Source: an uncultured Rhodopirellula sp.
GTDB taxonomy: Bacteria; Planctomycetota; Planctomycetia; Pirellulales; Pirellulaceae
DNA: 64,000 nucleotides
Direction: 5' to 3'
NCBI GenBank assembly: GCA_964007735.1
Contig: CAXGAI010000006.1
Location: forward strand, 62,001 to 126,000
Both the position numbers and the translations under genes were made by a program. Below, piece by piece: positions 20,237-30,626 of the stretch; positions within the stretch are counted from its first letter, which is position 1, and every line of letters begins with the position of its first letter. The notes beneath the pieces were generated by a model. It had not been told where the DNA came from, searched no databases, and saw nothing but the letters and a program-made list of their open reading frames with translations.

Positions 20237-21763
20237 ATGGCAGTCCGAATTTTCCCTACTTCCAAATTTACTGTTATTCTCACCCTTCTTTTGGTGGGAT
20301 GGACACACTGCTTACATGGGCAAACAGCAGCTGATTATCCTCAAACAACTTACCAGGCACTAGTTCAGGATGCTGGCACCGCAGATTCACCTGAAAAGCA
20401 AAAGCAGGATGAAGAGATTTATGAACTTATCAAATTGCTCGTTGACGCGCTCGACCAAATCGATCGCAACTATGTGAAAGAAGTTGACCGTCGCGAGCTT
20501 ATTGATGGAGCTATTCAGGGAATGTTGGGGAAACTCGATAGGCATTCCAACTATATCCCCCCCTCAAATGTTGACAGCTTTAAGTCGCGGGTTGAAAACG
20601 AATTTGGTGGCATCGGAATCCGTCTCCGAAATGACAATGGCAAACCAACAATCATTACTCCCATGCTTGGCAGTCCGGCATACAAAGCTGGCATCCGCCC
20701 CGGTGACGTCATCTTATCCATTGATGAGCAAGCCACCGAAGGCAAGAGCCCTAACGACATTGTGAAAGCACTGAAGGGTAAGATTGGCAGTAAGGTACAA
20801 TTGGCGATCCATACGCCCTCAACGAACGAATCGTCGAACGTCGAAGTCGAACGTAGTTTAATTCGTGTCAAATCTGTACTGGGAGCAGCACGCAATGAGG
20901 ATGACAGTTGGAACTACTTCCTTGATGAGAAGAACAAAATTGGCTATTTGATAGTCACCAACTTCGGGCGACATACGACCGGAGAGATTCTTGAGGCCGT
21001 GAAAGATCTAAAAAGCCAGGGAGTAAAGGGGCTGATCGTGGACCTACGTTATAATCCGGGCGGACTGCTCTCTGCTGCGATCCAGATTTCAGATATGTTT
21101 GTGAAAGAAGGCCGCATTGTCAGCACTGAAGGCCGGGCCGCCCCTAAACGAATCTGGGACGCAAAAGCTGCAGGCACATTTGACGATTTCCCAATGGCTA
21201 TTCTCATCAATCAGTTTAGTGCCAGTGCGAGTGAAATCCTGTCAGCCTGCTTACAGGACCACGAACGAGCTGTAATCGTTGGTCAGCGGTCATACGGTAA
21301 AGGTAGTGTTCAAAACCTAATTAACCTTGAGGATGGCAAGAGCGTACTAAAGTTAACGACAGCAGGGTACTTCCGGCCATCTGGAAAGAATATCGACAAA
21401 CCTTCCGCCGATGGAAGTGACGAATGGGGTGTATCGCCAGACGACGGTTTTGAAGTTACTTTTAATGAAGATCAAACTCGTCTCCTGCGAGATGCGCGTC
21501 GAGATTATGACATCGTCCTTAACGGAGCCACCCACGACCCGCGAGAAGGCAAAGAGTACTTAAAACTGGTCGATACCCAACTTTTAACCGCTCAGAATTA
21601 TCTTTATACCGAGCTTTCACTTCCGACGATCGAAATCCCTGAAGTTGAAGACAACCCGGGGGATGAATCAAAAGAAGCGTCACAAAACGAAAAAACTAAA
21701 GATTCAAAACGACCGTTTAAGCGTCCAAAGAAACGTCAGCCGACAGAACAAAACAACGAATGA
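20237..21763 (+). CDS. Carboxyl-terminal processing protease (S41A, CtpA/Prc-like)
   Basis: FGGIGI, PDZ (GSPAYKAGIRPGD), DLRYNPGGLL, SASASEI, SYGKGSVQ. Start uncertain (20171-20237). Confidence 0.92.
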   Translation: MAVRIFPTSKFTVILTLLLVGWTHCLHGQTAADYPQTTYQALVQDAGTADSPEKQKQDEEIYELIKLLVDALDQIDRNYVKEVDRRELIDGAIQGMLGKLDRHSNYIPPSNVDSFKSRVENEFGGIGIRLRNDNGKPTIITPMLGSPAYKAGIRPGDVILSIDEQATEGKSPNDIVKALKGKIGSKVQLAIHTPSTNESSNVEVERSLIRVKSVLGAARNEDDSWNYFLDEKNKIGYLIVTNFGRHTTGEILEAVKDLKSQGVKGLIVDLRYNPGGLLSAAIQISDMFVKEGRIVSTEGRAAPKRIWDAKAAGTFDDFPMAILINQFSASASEILSACLQDHERAVIVGQRSYGKGSVQNLINLEDGKSVLKLTTAGYFRPSGKNIDKPSADGSDEWGVSPDDGFEVTFNEDQTRLLRDARRDYDIVLNGATHDPREGKEYLKLVDTQLLTAQNYLYTELSLPTIEIPEVEDNPGDESKEASQNEKTKDSKRPFKRPKKRQPTEQNNE

Positions 21764-22791
21764 AAATACTCACGATTGAATCTACGTGCGATGAAACCGC
21801 CGCGGCTGTCATCACTGATAAATTTGAAGTGCTCAGTAGCATTGTTGCTTCTCAGGAAGAGTTGCATCAAAAGTTTAATGGTGTTGTGCCTGAAATTGCG
21901 GCGCGCGCGCATGTGGAACGAATTCTTCCGGTCATTGCTGAAACACTCGACCGCGCGGGTATCAGTCTTTCCGATCTAGATGCGATCGCTGTAGCCAACG
22001 AGCCCGGATTAGCAGGCTCATTGCTCGTTGGGGTAGTGGCGGCGAAGGCTTTGTGTCTGGCTCATGAAATCCCATTAGTTGCCGTCAATCACCTTCAGGC
22101 CCATATCTTCGCCTGCCGTCTGGCAGCTGAGAAGAATGTATTTCCTTGTGTTGGCTTGATCGTCAGTGGCGGGCATTCCAATCTTTATAAGTGCAACACG
22201 GCCCTCGACTTCGTTCCACTTGGTGGAACGATCGACGATGCGGCTGGTGAGGCTTTTGATAAAGTCGCCACTATGTTGGGACTTCCCTATCCCGGAGGGC
22301 CTTCGATCTCCAAAGCCGCTTTAGAAGGAGACGATAAAGCTTATCAATTCCCGCGACCTTTTCTCCGAGACAAAAATTCGCTTGATTTCTCCTTCAGCGG
22401 ATTGAAGACGGCGGTACGGTACGAAATCGCTGGTCAGGGACAAGTGGATTTTAGCAAACTTGAGATTCCGCAATCGAAGATTGCAGATGTGGCTGCAAGC
22501 TTTCAGGCGGCCGTGGTCGACTGTCTAACCGGCAAAGCCATGCTAGCCTTAAAGCAGTCAGGGATGGATACGCTGTGCGTCGGTGGTGGTGTCGCCGCGA
22601 ATCATGTGTTACGGGAACGCTTACAGAGTGAATGTCTGGCGGCAGGCGTGACATTACACATTGCTCCCTTCAAACTATGCACCGATAACGCTGTGATGGG
22701 AGCTATCGCGATTGAACGCCTGAATGCTGGCTTGCTGGAGGATCTTTCGCTTGATATTTCCCCAGGTTTGATGAGAATTGGAAAAAGCTAA
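21760..22791 (+). CDS. tsaD: tRNA N6-adenosine threonylcarbamoyltransferase
   Basis: IESTCDETAAA, GVVPEIAARAH, NHLQAH, VSGGHS, DDAAGEAFDK, FSFSGLKTA, CTDNAVM; ATGA overlap with the S41 gene. Confidence 0.96.
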   Translation: MKILTIESTCDETAAAVITDKFEVLSSIVASQEELHQKFNGVVPEIAARAHVERILPVIAETLDRAGISLSDLDAIAVANEPGLAGSLLVGVVAAKALCLAHEIPLVAVNHLQAHIFACRLAAEKNVFPCVGLIVSGGHSNLYKCNTALDFVPLGGTIDDAAGEAFDKVATMLGLPYPGGPSISKAALEGDDKAYQFPRPFLRDKNSLDFSFSGLKTAVRYEIAGQGQVDFSKLEIPQSKIADVAASFQAAVVDCLTGKAMLALKQSGMDTLCVGGGVAANHVLRERLQSECLAAGVTLHIAPFKLCTDNAVMGAIAIERLNAGLLEDLSLDISPGLMRIGKS

Positions 22792-22821
22792 TTTTTGACA
22801 ACGAGCAGTGCCTCTCGTAAT

Positions 22822-22855
22822 AAAAAAGGCCGGACTCAAACTGTCCGGCCTTTTT
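22822..22855. terminator. Bidirectional rho-independent terminator
   Basis: AAAAAAGGCCGGAC-loop-GTCCGGCCTTTTT between convergent genes. Confidence 0.85.
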
Positions 22856-22881
22856 CGTTGTATTCGATCTTCAACGATAGC

Positions 22882-25800
22882 TTAGCGATTATTACCACCG
22901 CCCTGGCCACCCTGACCGTTTTGGCCATCGTTGTTACCGCGATCGTTGTTGTCTAGCGTTTGAGCCTGACCACTTGCAAAGTTAAATGTACGGACATCAC
23001 CAACGCCCATCTTAATTGGCATTGGAGGAACCGTCACTCGCACATAACGACGGTCTGGAGAAACAATTGGTGCCATAGCTGAGAAAAACGCACCTTCTGG
23101 TAAGGTTGTAATTTCAGGTCGATAACCAACCGCTCCACGTCCGGGCAAGAAGAAGCGACCATTACGAGCCGCCATCTTACGTGAGATTGCAAAATCACGA
23201 GCAGCGTCTGAATTTGATAGGCTGTGAAGCTGCTGAGCTAACAAAGCCTGGCCAACCATTTCCTGATGCTCAAGCATGTTCTCTAATTGATGAGCTCCGA
23301 TTGGCTCAATGCGTCGACCGTGTAAAACGTCAAAGATTACAACTGCCCCGGTCTGGTCCAATTCAAGTTGTTCATGAATGTGGGGCTTTTCGTCATTATC
23401 TGTGAAGATATCGACCGTAACTTTACCCGCGGTCACGTTACCCCAAACCCGGCGGATCAACAGTCGGTATTCCCCCTTAAAGGCCTTAGGGCAAACATAA
23501 GATTCACTGTAACCATTGACTGGTTGTTGACCAGCAATGGAGAACTTATCTCCAAGCAAAACACCACCAGAAGTTGTACGTTCATTTTGCAATGAGCAGA
23601 CCGTTCCGGTTGGTTCTTGTACAAACAAGTCGATGTCAGCATTTCCGGTCCAACTCACGACAACACGACAATCACGGTGTGTAGCTGCATTCAGCTTTTC
23701 ACCAAACGATTTAGCCTGGTTCAGCAATCCTGCTTGCTTCAATTGTAACATCACCGCTTCTGCAGTACGCTGAGCATCAAATTCGACATTACGCTGCTGG
23801 TTTGTCCATGCCTGACCCAACACACCTGCCGAAGCCCATTGAAGCGATTCCAGATCGCCGAGTCTTTTTGCCAAAGCCAAACCACGAACATAAGGCTCCG
23901 GACGGTATGGATTTACTTCAGAAACATCTCGCAGGACTTTCAGAGCTCTTTCGTGCAAGCCTACTTCCGACATATAGATACCGGCCGCAAGAAGAGACTC
24001 TTCATCATTACTGTAGTCAACAGCCGACATCAACGCGCGTTCAACGTCTTCAATGGGAGCATGATTAGCCTGCATTGCCAGACCAAGTCCTTCATACATC
24101 CAAAACTGTGACTGTTCATTTCGGATAGCAGCCAGCATGATCGCAATGGATTCGTCGACCAATGCTTTCGCTTCTTCACTTTTATCTGCCTGATGGAGCC
24201 TATGGGCCTGCAACATGTGAAGCTGTACCGTGTATCGGACCTGCTGGTCATGGTTAAGCTTTTCTTCACCATCTAAATCTATTTTTGAGGCAAAATATCG
24301 ATCCCAGGCCGCATCTAATGACTCGCCATTCTCAGCGGTGACCTGCAGTTTATTCAATTGCTTTTTGATTACTTCTGGTACTTCAACTTCTTTCGTTTCC
24401 TGAACAACTGGCTCCGGTTGGTCCTGTGGTTGAGCGTTCGTTGCAGCTTTGGTCCCCAAAATGAGTTGGTCATCGACAGCCTGAAAGCCGCCGCCCATGC
24501 CGCCGCCGCCCATACCCATGCCGCCGCCGCCCATACCCATGCCGCCGCCGCCCATGCCCATGCCGCCGCCCATCATGCCACCGCCTCCAGACATAATTGG
24601 CATCACAAGGTCACCGACTTCGTAGGTACGGATGATGAGTTCATTTTCAGCAGCTTCAGGCGTAGTAATTTTTAACACTTCGTCGTTGATCACGTAGGTC
24701 AGTCCGAGACTATTAAGCGTAAGTTTCAGTCCACTTCGTAACGTAATACCACGCAGATCCTGATTCACTGTCATTGAAGAATCCAGGCCAGCTTCTGCCA
24801 AAGCTTTTTCATCAATGATCATTGGGATGCTGTGACGGGTTTTGATACTTTCAATAACCTCAGACAATGGTTGGTCAAAGAAAAGCATGACGGTTTCTTC
24901 ATCCAAAGCATCCACGATCTTTTGCTCAGCAGGATTATTTCCCTGGTCTGTCACGTATTTACGACGTTCTACCGTGATACGATGCCAGAACTCGGCTTCC
25001 GGATAGCGAATTGGTGAATCACCACCCGGGAAGGGAATCAGAGCCTCGTCATTTTCGTACATCACGTCCGCGAAATTCTTGTGTCGCAAATCCCGGAATT
25101 TCTCTAGCCCTTTGTACTGACGCAGAATACGCGCTTTCCAAACTGCAGTCGTTGGTGTTCCGTCGTAAGGTAACAGAACGCGGATCGGCATCGCGATCTC
25201 AGCATCTGCAGTCAGGTAACGTTCACCTTCATCAACTCGCTTACGGTCATCTTCGAGGGCTGCTTCATCCAGTAGCACATTAAATTTTTCCATTAAGCTC
25301 GTGATCAGTTCCTGTTTACGAGCAGTTTCGTCTGCCAGATTTTTGAGGCGCTGAGCATTCGCTTCGCGGCTCTGAGCGAGCATCTTCTGTTCGTCCACAT
25401 CGACCTGACGAGCGCCCGTTTCACGAATGGCATCTTCAATCTGCTTGCGTAGTTGTTGACGAATGTCACCTGCTACGTCCGTTGCACTATCAACTTGCTC
25501 AAGCAAGAGTTTCAATTCCTGAATAGCTTTCTCCGGCGAACGCCCCATAAGGTCACGAGCTTGTTCCAAGCCATTTTCGACAACCGCCTGCAACTTCCCA
25601 GCCAGCACCTTACGTTCGTTTTCTACATTGTCTAAAAAGCTTGGCGAGTCTTCCAGACTTGCATCAACATCGCCTGAACCATCGAGCACAAGTGCATTTC
25701 CATCTGCAGCAGGCGCTGCTGGTGCATCCTGAATCAACGCAATTTCAGTTGTGATTGGCCCACGTTGAGCGGCTCCCTTAATCGCTTTAGCTTCGGTGTT

Positions 25801-26943
25801 ACTTGGATCCTTACGAAGCACTTCATCAGCAACCTCGATCGCCCCTTTCACATCACCCGTTCGCAACGCGTGTAATCCAACGGTATTCAAACCTTCCACG
25901 TTATTTTGAACGCTACGACGCACTTCGATAAGTCCTTCCGAGCCTAATGTCGGAAGACCTACTCCCTGATGAGGAGTTGCGTCTTTAACTAGTGTCGGTA
26001 AGAAGTTGTAATCTTCGTTGGATCCTGCCGCAGCCACGTCCCACTTCAATTCAACATCCTGACCATTGGCTTTGCCGCTGATAGTCAATTCGAAAGCACC
26101 TGCTTTATCGATTTGCCCTACCAGAATTGTGTCTCGATCCATACGAATCGGAGGAGTCGTTTCTGCGGTGTAAACGCAATGCACACCTTCCGAAGTCCTC
26201 AGGTCGCTTGGCCATAGGACCGGAGCAACTACAGCGCCAGCCAGATCGAAACCACTTTTCACACTTGTCTGCTGATCTTCATTATCGACTCGGATAATAC
26301 CACCGGTGCTATTACCTAAAGCAGCCAGTAGTTCAAGATTGCGCTGCGGGCCAATAGCAAACGATGAAAATGAAAGGTTCTTTTCGACCAGGTCTGTTAC
26401 AAGTTCTTTATAGTCCTCAATCTGCAGTAAATTCGCTTTACTCATGCCATCGCCGATGTAGACGACACTCTTTGCTTTTCCACTCTCTGCACTAAACTGT
26501 TTTGCTGTGGCCTGCAGTAATTCAACCATGTCCGTGGAACCGAGAGCAGCACGACGATTCAGTTTAGCGACCGCGGCCTTCATTTCTTCGCTATCGGTTG
26601 CAACGAAGTCACGAGACATTGCAACAGCATAAAGATCGACCGCCATCAATTTCACCCGGTGTTCACCACCTAGGTTTGCTAGTAGCGAGTCAAGGCAGAC
26701 CATCGCATCTTTACGGTATTCCCCTATCTGGCTTGCCGAAGTGTCAAAAAGCACCAGAATGTCATGGGCTCCGGCAGTTGGTAACTGCTGATCAGCCTGA
26801 ACTGAAAGTGCAAAATATGTCTCACCGGTAGCCTCCTTGTAAGTGTGTAACACACTTTTGGATTCGGCTGCAGATGTCAACGAAGACAATGCATATGTTA
26901 CCAGGGTGAAAATCAGTGTTGATAGCGCAATGCGTTTGGACAT
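22882..26943 (-). CDS. Large exported multidomain protein (VWA, TPR-like helices, secretin-N-like domain, Gly/Met repeat, DUF2135/YfaP-like domain, secretin-C-like hairpin)
   Basis: Signal peptide from ATG 26943. VLFDTSASQ (MIDAS DxSxS) and YIGDG; PLSEVI...ITLRSGLKLTL...VLKITT...RTYEVGDLV; SWTGNADIDLFVQEPTG; IVSPDRRYVRVT. Confidence 0.85.
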   Translation of the reverse strand: MSKRIALSTLIFTLVTYALSSLTSAAESKSVLHTYKEATGETYFALSVQADQQLPTAGAHDILVLFDTSASQIGEYRKDAMVCLDSLLANLGGEHRVKLMAVDLYAVAMSRDFVATDSEEMKAAVAKLNRRAALGSTDMVELLQATAKQFSAESGKAKSVVYIGDGMSKANLLQIEDYKELVTDLVEKNLSFSSFAIGPQRNLELLAALGNSTGGIIRVDNEDQQTSVKSGFDLAGAVVAPVLWPSDLRTSEGVHCVYTAETTPPIRMDRDTILVGQIDKAGAFELTISGKANGQDVELKWDVAAAGSNEDYNFLPTLVKDATPHQGVGLPTLGSEGLIEVRRSVQNNVEGLNTVGLHALRTGDVKGAIEVADEVLRKDPSNTEAKAIKGAAQRGPITTEIALIQDAPAAPAADGNALVLDGSGDVDASLEDSPSFLDNVENERKVLAGKLQAVVENGLEQARDLMGRSPEKAIQELKLLLEQVDSATDVAGDIRQQLRKQIEDAIRETGARQVDVDEQKMLAQSREANAQRLKNLADETARKQELITSLMEKFNVLLDEAALEDDRKRVDEGERYLTADAEIAMPIRVLLPYDGTPTTAVWKARILRQYKGLEKFRDLRHKNFADVMYENDEALIPFPGGDSPIRYPEAEFWHRITVERRKYVTDQGNNPAEQKIVDALDEETVMLFFDQPLSEVIESIKTRHSIPMIIDEKALAEAGLDSSMTVNQDLRGITLRSGLKLTLNSLGLTYVINDEVLKITTPEAAENELIIRTYEVGDLVMPIMSGGGGMMGGGMGMGGGGMGMGGGGMGMGGGGMGGGFQAVDDQLILGTKAATNAQPQDQPEPVVQETKEVEVPEVIKKQLNKLQVTAENGESLDAAWDRYFASKIDLDGEEKLNHDQQVRYTVQLHMLQAHRLHQADKSEEAKALVDESIAIMLAAIRNEQSQFWMYEGLGLAMQANHAPIEDVERALMSAVDYSNDEESLLAAGIYMSEVGLHERALKVLRDVSEVNPYRPEPYVRGLALAKRLGDLESLQWASAGVLGQAWTNQQRNVEFDAQRTAEAVMLQLKQAGLLNQAKSFGEKLNAATHRDCRVVVSWTGNADIDLFVQEPTGTVCSLQNERTTSGGVLLGDKFSIAGQQPVNGYSESYVCPKAFKGEYRLLIRRVWGNVTAGKVTVDIFTDNDEKPHIHEQLELDQTGAVVIFDVLHGRRIEPIGAHQLENMLEHQEMVGQALLAQQLHSLSNSDAARDFAISRKMAARNGRFFLPGRGAVGYRPEITTLPEGAFFSAMAPIVSPDRRYVRVTVPPMPIKMGVGDVRTFNFASGQAQTLDNNDRGNNDGQNGQGGQGGGNNR
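24487..24588 (-). repeat. Coding low-complexity repeat (~21-bp unit encoding GGGGMGM)
   Basis: GCCGCCGCCGCCCATACCCAT repeated with variants on the + strand. Confidence 0.9.
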
Positions 26944-27506
26944 GGCCAAATAACTCCAACGCAAGATGAATTTAATTCTCTGTTCAATTGCTCTTAAAAC
27001 ATAAGCTTGTCCGAGCAACTACATTTTATTCAGCCGAATTGAAATAGACCACCAAATATTTGAAATTAGGCAAATCAGGCAATCTCTATCGATTACAGCC
27101 CAGAATCATCCTGATTCTGTATGACGTATTAAAAATAGGTCTTAATCTTAGGTTCGAATATTCCTATTGTGTCGGAATAGCCGACTCAGCCATTTCCTGG
27201 ACTAAAACGGAATTAACCTACCGATTGTTCCGGTTATGACGGTCGCACTAACTACAAGTTCGTCAATCGCAGCACTGCGAGTCCAACGTTATAGGAAATA
27301 AGCACCAAATGCCACCAGTTTAATGTTTACTAATTGCATGAACTTAGTTGACATTCTGAGGCGCCGAGGCCATCATCGAAATGTCACAACTATTCTTTAA
27401 TCCTCGCAATTGTCCCCAAAAGTCCTACCTTCGTTTTCCCCTAAAAAGGGATGACTAAAGGTATTCGGGTTCTTGTGGACTCTTGGGTCACCTTACAAAG
27501 AAACCA

Positions 27507-29333
27507 ATGGACCTTTCCTGGCAGGCATATTTCACGCTCGGTATTACCGCAGCGGTATTCATTACGTTGCAAATCCAACGTCGAGCGTCGACCGACATTC
27601 TATTTCTGGGAGCCCTTTTAGTCCTTACTGCTGCAGGCGTGATTTCAGTGGAAGAAGCCTTTGCGGGTTTCTCTAATCCGGCCGTACTCACTATTGCCGG
27701 ACTACTGGCGATTACGGCAGGCCTGCGAACCTCTGGAGTGCTGGATTGGCTGGGCCATAAATTATTAGGCACGGCCAAATCTGAAAAACAAGCACTTTTG
27801 CGTCTCACAGCGGTCACGACCACTGCTAGTGCCTTTCTGCTTAACACTGCGGTCGTGGCGATGTTAATGCCCGTCGTTGTCTCGTGGTGCCGCCGAAGAA
27901 ACATATCGCCGTCACGTCTATTGCTTCCGGTCAGCTACCTCGCAATTTTAGGAGGGGTATGTACTTTAATCGGAACCAGCACCACATTGGTGGTTAATGG
28001 TGAGCTTCAACAACGCTTGCCAGAAGATTTGATAATCGCAGGGACACACCCCTTAAATCTGTTTGAACTCGCTGCTGTGGGCATTCCCTGCGCCTTAGTG
28101 GGTTCGATTTTCCTCATTACGATCGGGCCCAAACTACTCCCATTCCGGAGCGGAATCATCAAACAACTCGACGAACAACGTCGCAAATATTTGGTGGAAA
28201 TGCAAATCCAACCAGACAGTCTTCTGGCAGACCAGACGGTAGAGCAAGCCGGACTCCGCCATCTCGACGGCCTCTTTCTGATCGAAATCGATCGCGCCGG
28301 CCACATCATCACCCCGGTCACCCCCAATACGATCCTCGCTGCCGATGACATCCTTGTATTTACCGGAGCTGTCGACACCATCGTAGAACTGGAGCAGTTA
28401 CCAGGTCTCCTGCCAGCTGTTGAATCCGAATTCAGTCACCACCCGGAACGTCATCTTGTGGAAGTTGTCCTTTCGCGTAAATTCCCCCTGCTCAATTCAA
28501 ACATTCGCGAGGCAAGTTTCAGACAACGCTACAACGCCGCCGTTGTCGCCGTTCACCGTGAAGGGGAACGGCTCGAGGGCAAGGTCGGGGATATCACCCT
28601 TCAAGCAGGTGACACTTTGTTACTGCAAACAACGAGTGACTTCGTAAGCACCTATCGCAACAGCAAAGACTTTTACATGGTCTCCAGCGTGGAAGGAGTT
28701 GAAACTCGTCATCACGCCAAGGCTTCGCTGGCCTTAATTCTGCTCGGCTTACTAATCCTCTGGTTGGTTGTCGGCTCGCTCTTTCATGCAACGGACGATC
28801 CACTGGGGATCACTTCCCCGGCAATCGCTTCTCTCGGAATTGCTGTAGTCATGGTTTTAACTCGATGTTTAAAGCCCAGTGATGCTCGCAACGCCATCAA
28901 CATTCAGGTGCTGTTGACCATCGCTGCTGCACTCGGGTTGGGCAAAGCGTTATCAGCCAGCGGTGCAGCTCAGGCGCTCGCAACAACAATGCTTTCGCTA
29001 GCGGGAGAAAACCCTATTTGGATCCTACTTGGACTCTACATCATCACTGTCGTATTAACCGAAACAATTTCCAATAATGCGGTGGCGGCCATGCTATTAC
29101 CTTTAGCCATTGAGATTGCACAAGCGGGGGATATCAATGCTCGACCATTGATTATTGCCATCACACTGGCAGCCTCTCTCTCCTTCATCACTCCAATTGG
29201 CTATCAAACCAACCTCATGGTAATGGGACCTGGTGGTTACAGAAGCCGGGACTATCTTCGCTGCGGAATCCCACTAGCAATACTGATGGGCATTTGCGCT
29301 CTCACTATTATCCCGCAAGCCTGGCCATTCTAG
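27507..29333 (+). CDS. SLC13/DASS-family permease with two TrkA-C domains (sulfate or dicarboxylate type)
   Basis: AFAGFSNPAV, SAFLLNTAVV, LGGVCTLIGTSTTLVV, TETISNNAVAA, TPIGYQTNLMVMGPGGY. Confidence 0.9.
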   Translation: MDLSWQAYFTLGITAAVFITLQIQRRASTDILFLGALLVLTAAGVISVEEAFAGFSNPAVLTIAGLLAITAGLRTSGVLDWLGHKLLGTAKSEKQALLRLTAVTTTASAFLLNTAVVAMLMPVVVSWCRRRNISPSRLLLPVSYLAILGGVCTLIGTSTTLVVNGELQQRLPEDLIIAGTHPLNLFELAAVGIPCALVGSIFLITIGPKLLPFRSGIIKQLDEQRRKYLVEMQIQPDSLLADQTVEQAGLRHLDGLFLIEIDRAGHIITPVTPNTILAADDILVFTGAVDTIVELEQLPGLLPAVESEFSHHPERHLVEVVLSRKFPLLNSNIREASFRQRYNAAVVAVHREGERLEGKVGDITLQAGDTLLLQTTSDFVSTYRNSKDFYMVSSVEGVETRHHAKASLALILLGLLILWLVVGSLFHATDDPLGITSPAIASLGIAVVMVLTRCLKPSDARNAINIQVLLTIAAALGLGKALSASGAAQALATTMLSLAGENPIWILLGLYIITVVLTETISNNAVAAMLLPLAIEIAQAGDINARPLIIAITLAASLSFITPIGYQTNLMVMGPGGYRSRDYLRCGIPLAILMGICALTIIPQAWPF

Positions 29334-29342
29334 CCCCAACGG

Positions 29343-30488
29343 CTATTCTCCACCCAGCACGACCTTTATATCTTCGCGCTGGCGATCACGAATCACGGTA
29401 ACAACGATTTCGTCACCCGGCTGGTGGTTTTCGACGATCGTCATAAATTGATCAACACTGCCGACTGACTGACCATCAACGGCCACTATCAAATCTGCCT
29501 GAGACTGATCCACACGCGTCTGTTCGTAGACAAATGGACCTCGCTGAGTTCTGGTTTTAACAAGCTTAAATCCCTGCAGTCCGGACTTATCTGCGGGACC
29601 TTCAGGAGCCACGGTAGCAATCAGTAAACCTTCTTCCGTTTTGTAGACACGAGTAATGCCGATATCTGGTCGAATCACCCGGCCGTTCTCAATCAACTGT
29701 GGAATCACTCTTTTAGCAGTATTCACCGGAATCGCAAATCCAACTCCGGAACTCTCCCCCACTTTACTGGCAATAGCAACATTCACGCCGACCATCTCTC
29801 CTTGATTATTCAACAATGGGCCACCTGAATTACCGGGATTGATCGCGGCATCAATTTGCACAATGGATTTCATCGTTCGCCGGTCAGCGGTTGGCAACTG
29901 ACGATTCAGGCTACTCACAATTCCCACCGTATAAGTGCGTTCCAAACCAAACGGATTACCGATCGCATGAATTTTCTGCCCCACTCTTAGCTGGGTTGAG
30001 TCGCCTAGCGAGATCGGATGCAAAAAATCTTCAGGCGCTTCAATTTTGATCACAGCCAGATCATTTAGATCATCTGACCCAACAACACCTGCCGGATACT
30101 CTTCCCCGTTATACAAACGCACGTAGATCTCCCGCGCCCCCCTAACAACATGGTTATTGGTCAAAATGTGGCCCTCGCGATCAAGAACGGAGCCGGAACC
30201 AGCGCCCTCAGTCGGAGTTTCAAATAGAAGGAATGCTGAGGTGCGGGCACTACGAGTGGTAATGTGCACAACGCCCCGATTGGCTGAATCATAAACGTTG
30301 AAATTTACACGTTCTTCCGCAGTATACTTCGACGCATCCAAGGCAGATGCTTCTGCAGTCGTTCGAGCCAAACCTGGAGTTGCCTGCTGAGCGGAAACAG
30401 AACTAACGGCACGGTCCTTCGCCATAAACACGCCCACGGTGGCGCCCAATACGGCTGCAAAGAATGCGATCCAAATCGTCTGTTTCAT
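29343..30488 (-). CDS. HtrA/DegP-like S1C serine protease with PDZ domain
   Basis: GAGSG, TNNHVV, DLAVIK, AIGNPFGL, QIDAAINPGNSGGPL; N-terminal TM/signal from ATG 30488. Confidence 0.92.
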   Translation of the reverse strand: MKQTIWIAFFAAVLGATVGVFMAKDRAVSSVSAQQATPGLARTTAEASALDASKYTAEERVNFNVYDSANRGVVHITTRSARTSAFLLFETPTEGAGSGSVLDREGHILTNNHVVRGAREIYVRLYNGEEYPAGVVGSDDLNDLAVIKIEAPEDFLHPISLGDSTQLRVGQKIHAIGNPFGLERTYTVGIVSSLNRQLPTADRRTMKSIVQIDAAINPGNSGGPLLNNQGEMVGVNVAIASKVGESSGVGFAIPVNTAKRVIPQLIENGRVIRPDIGITRVYKTEEGLLIATVAPEGPADKSGLQGFKLVKTRTQRGPFVYEQTRVDQSQADLIVAVDGQSVGSVDQFMTIVENHQPGDEIVVTVIRDRQREDIKVVLGGE

Positions 30489-30626
30489 AACGTTATTCCT
30501 ATCCAAATCAATCACCTGGCAATCGTTACCGTGAGTGCAAAGAAAACGGCCCTTCCCTGCATCTCGTTTAGTTACGATACGCAGGGTAGAGCCGTCAAGT
30601 TCTATCGGCAAGGGAAATTAAATCCG

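Noticed and set aside
26944..27506. Riboswitch or ncRNA in the long intergenic region
   Set aside because: I recognised no conserved motif or convincing long stem. An Rfam scan would be needed to settle it.
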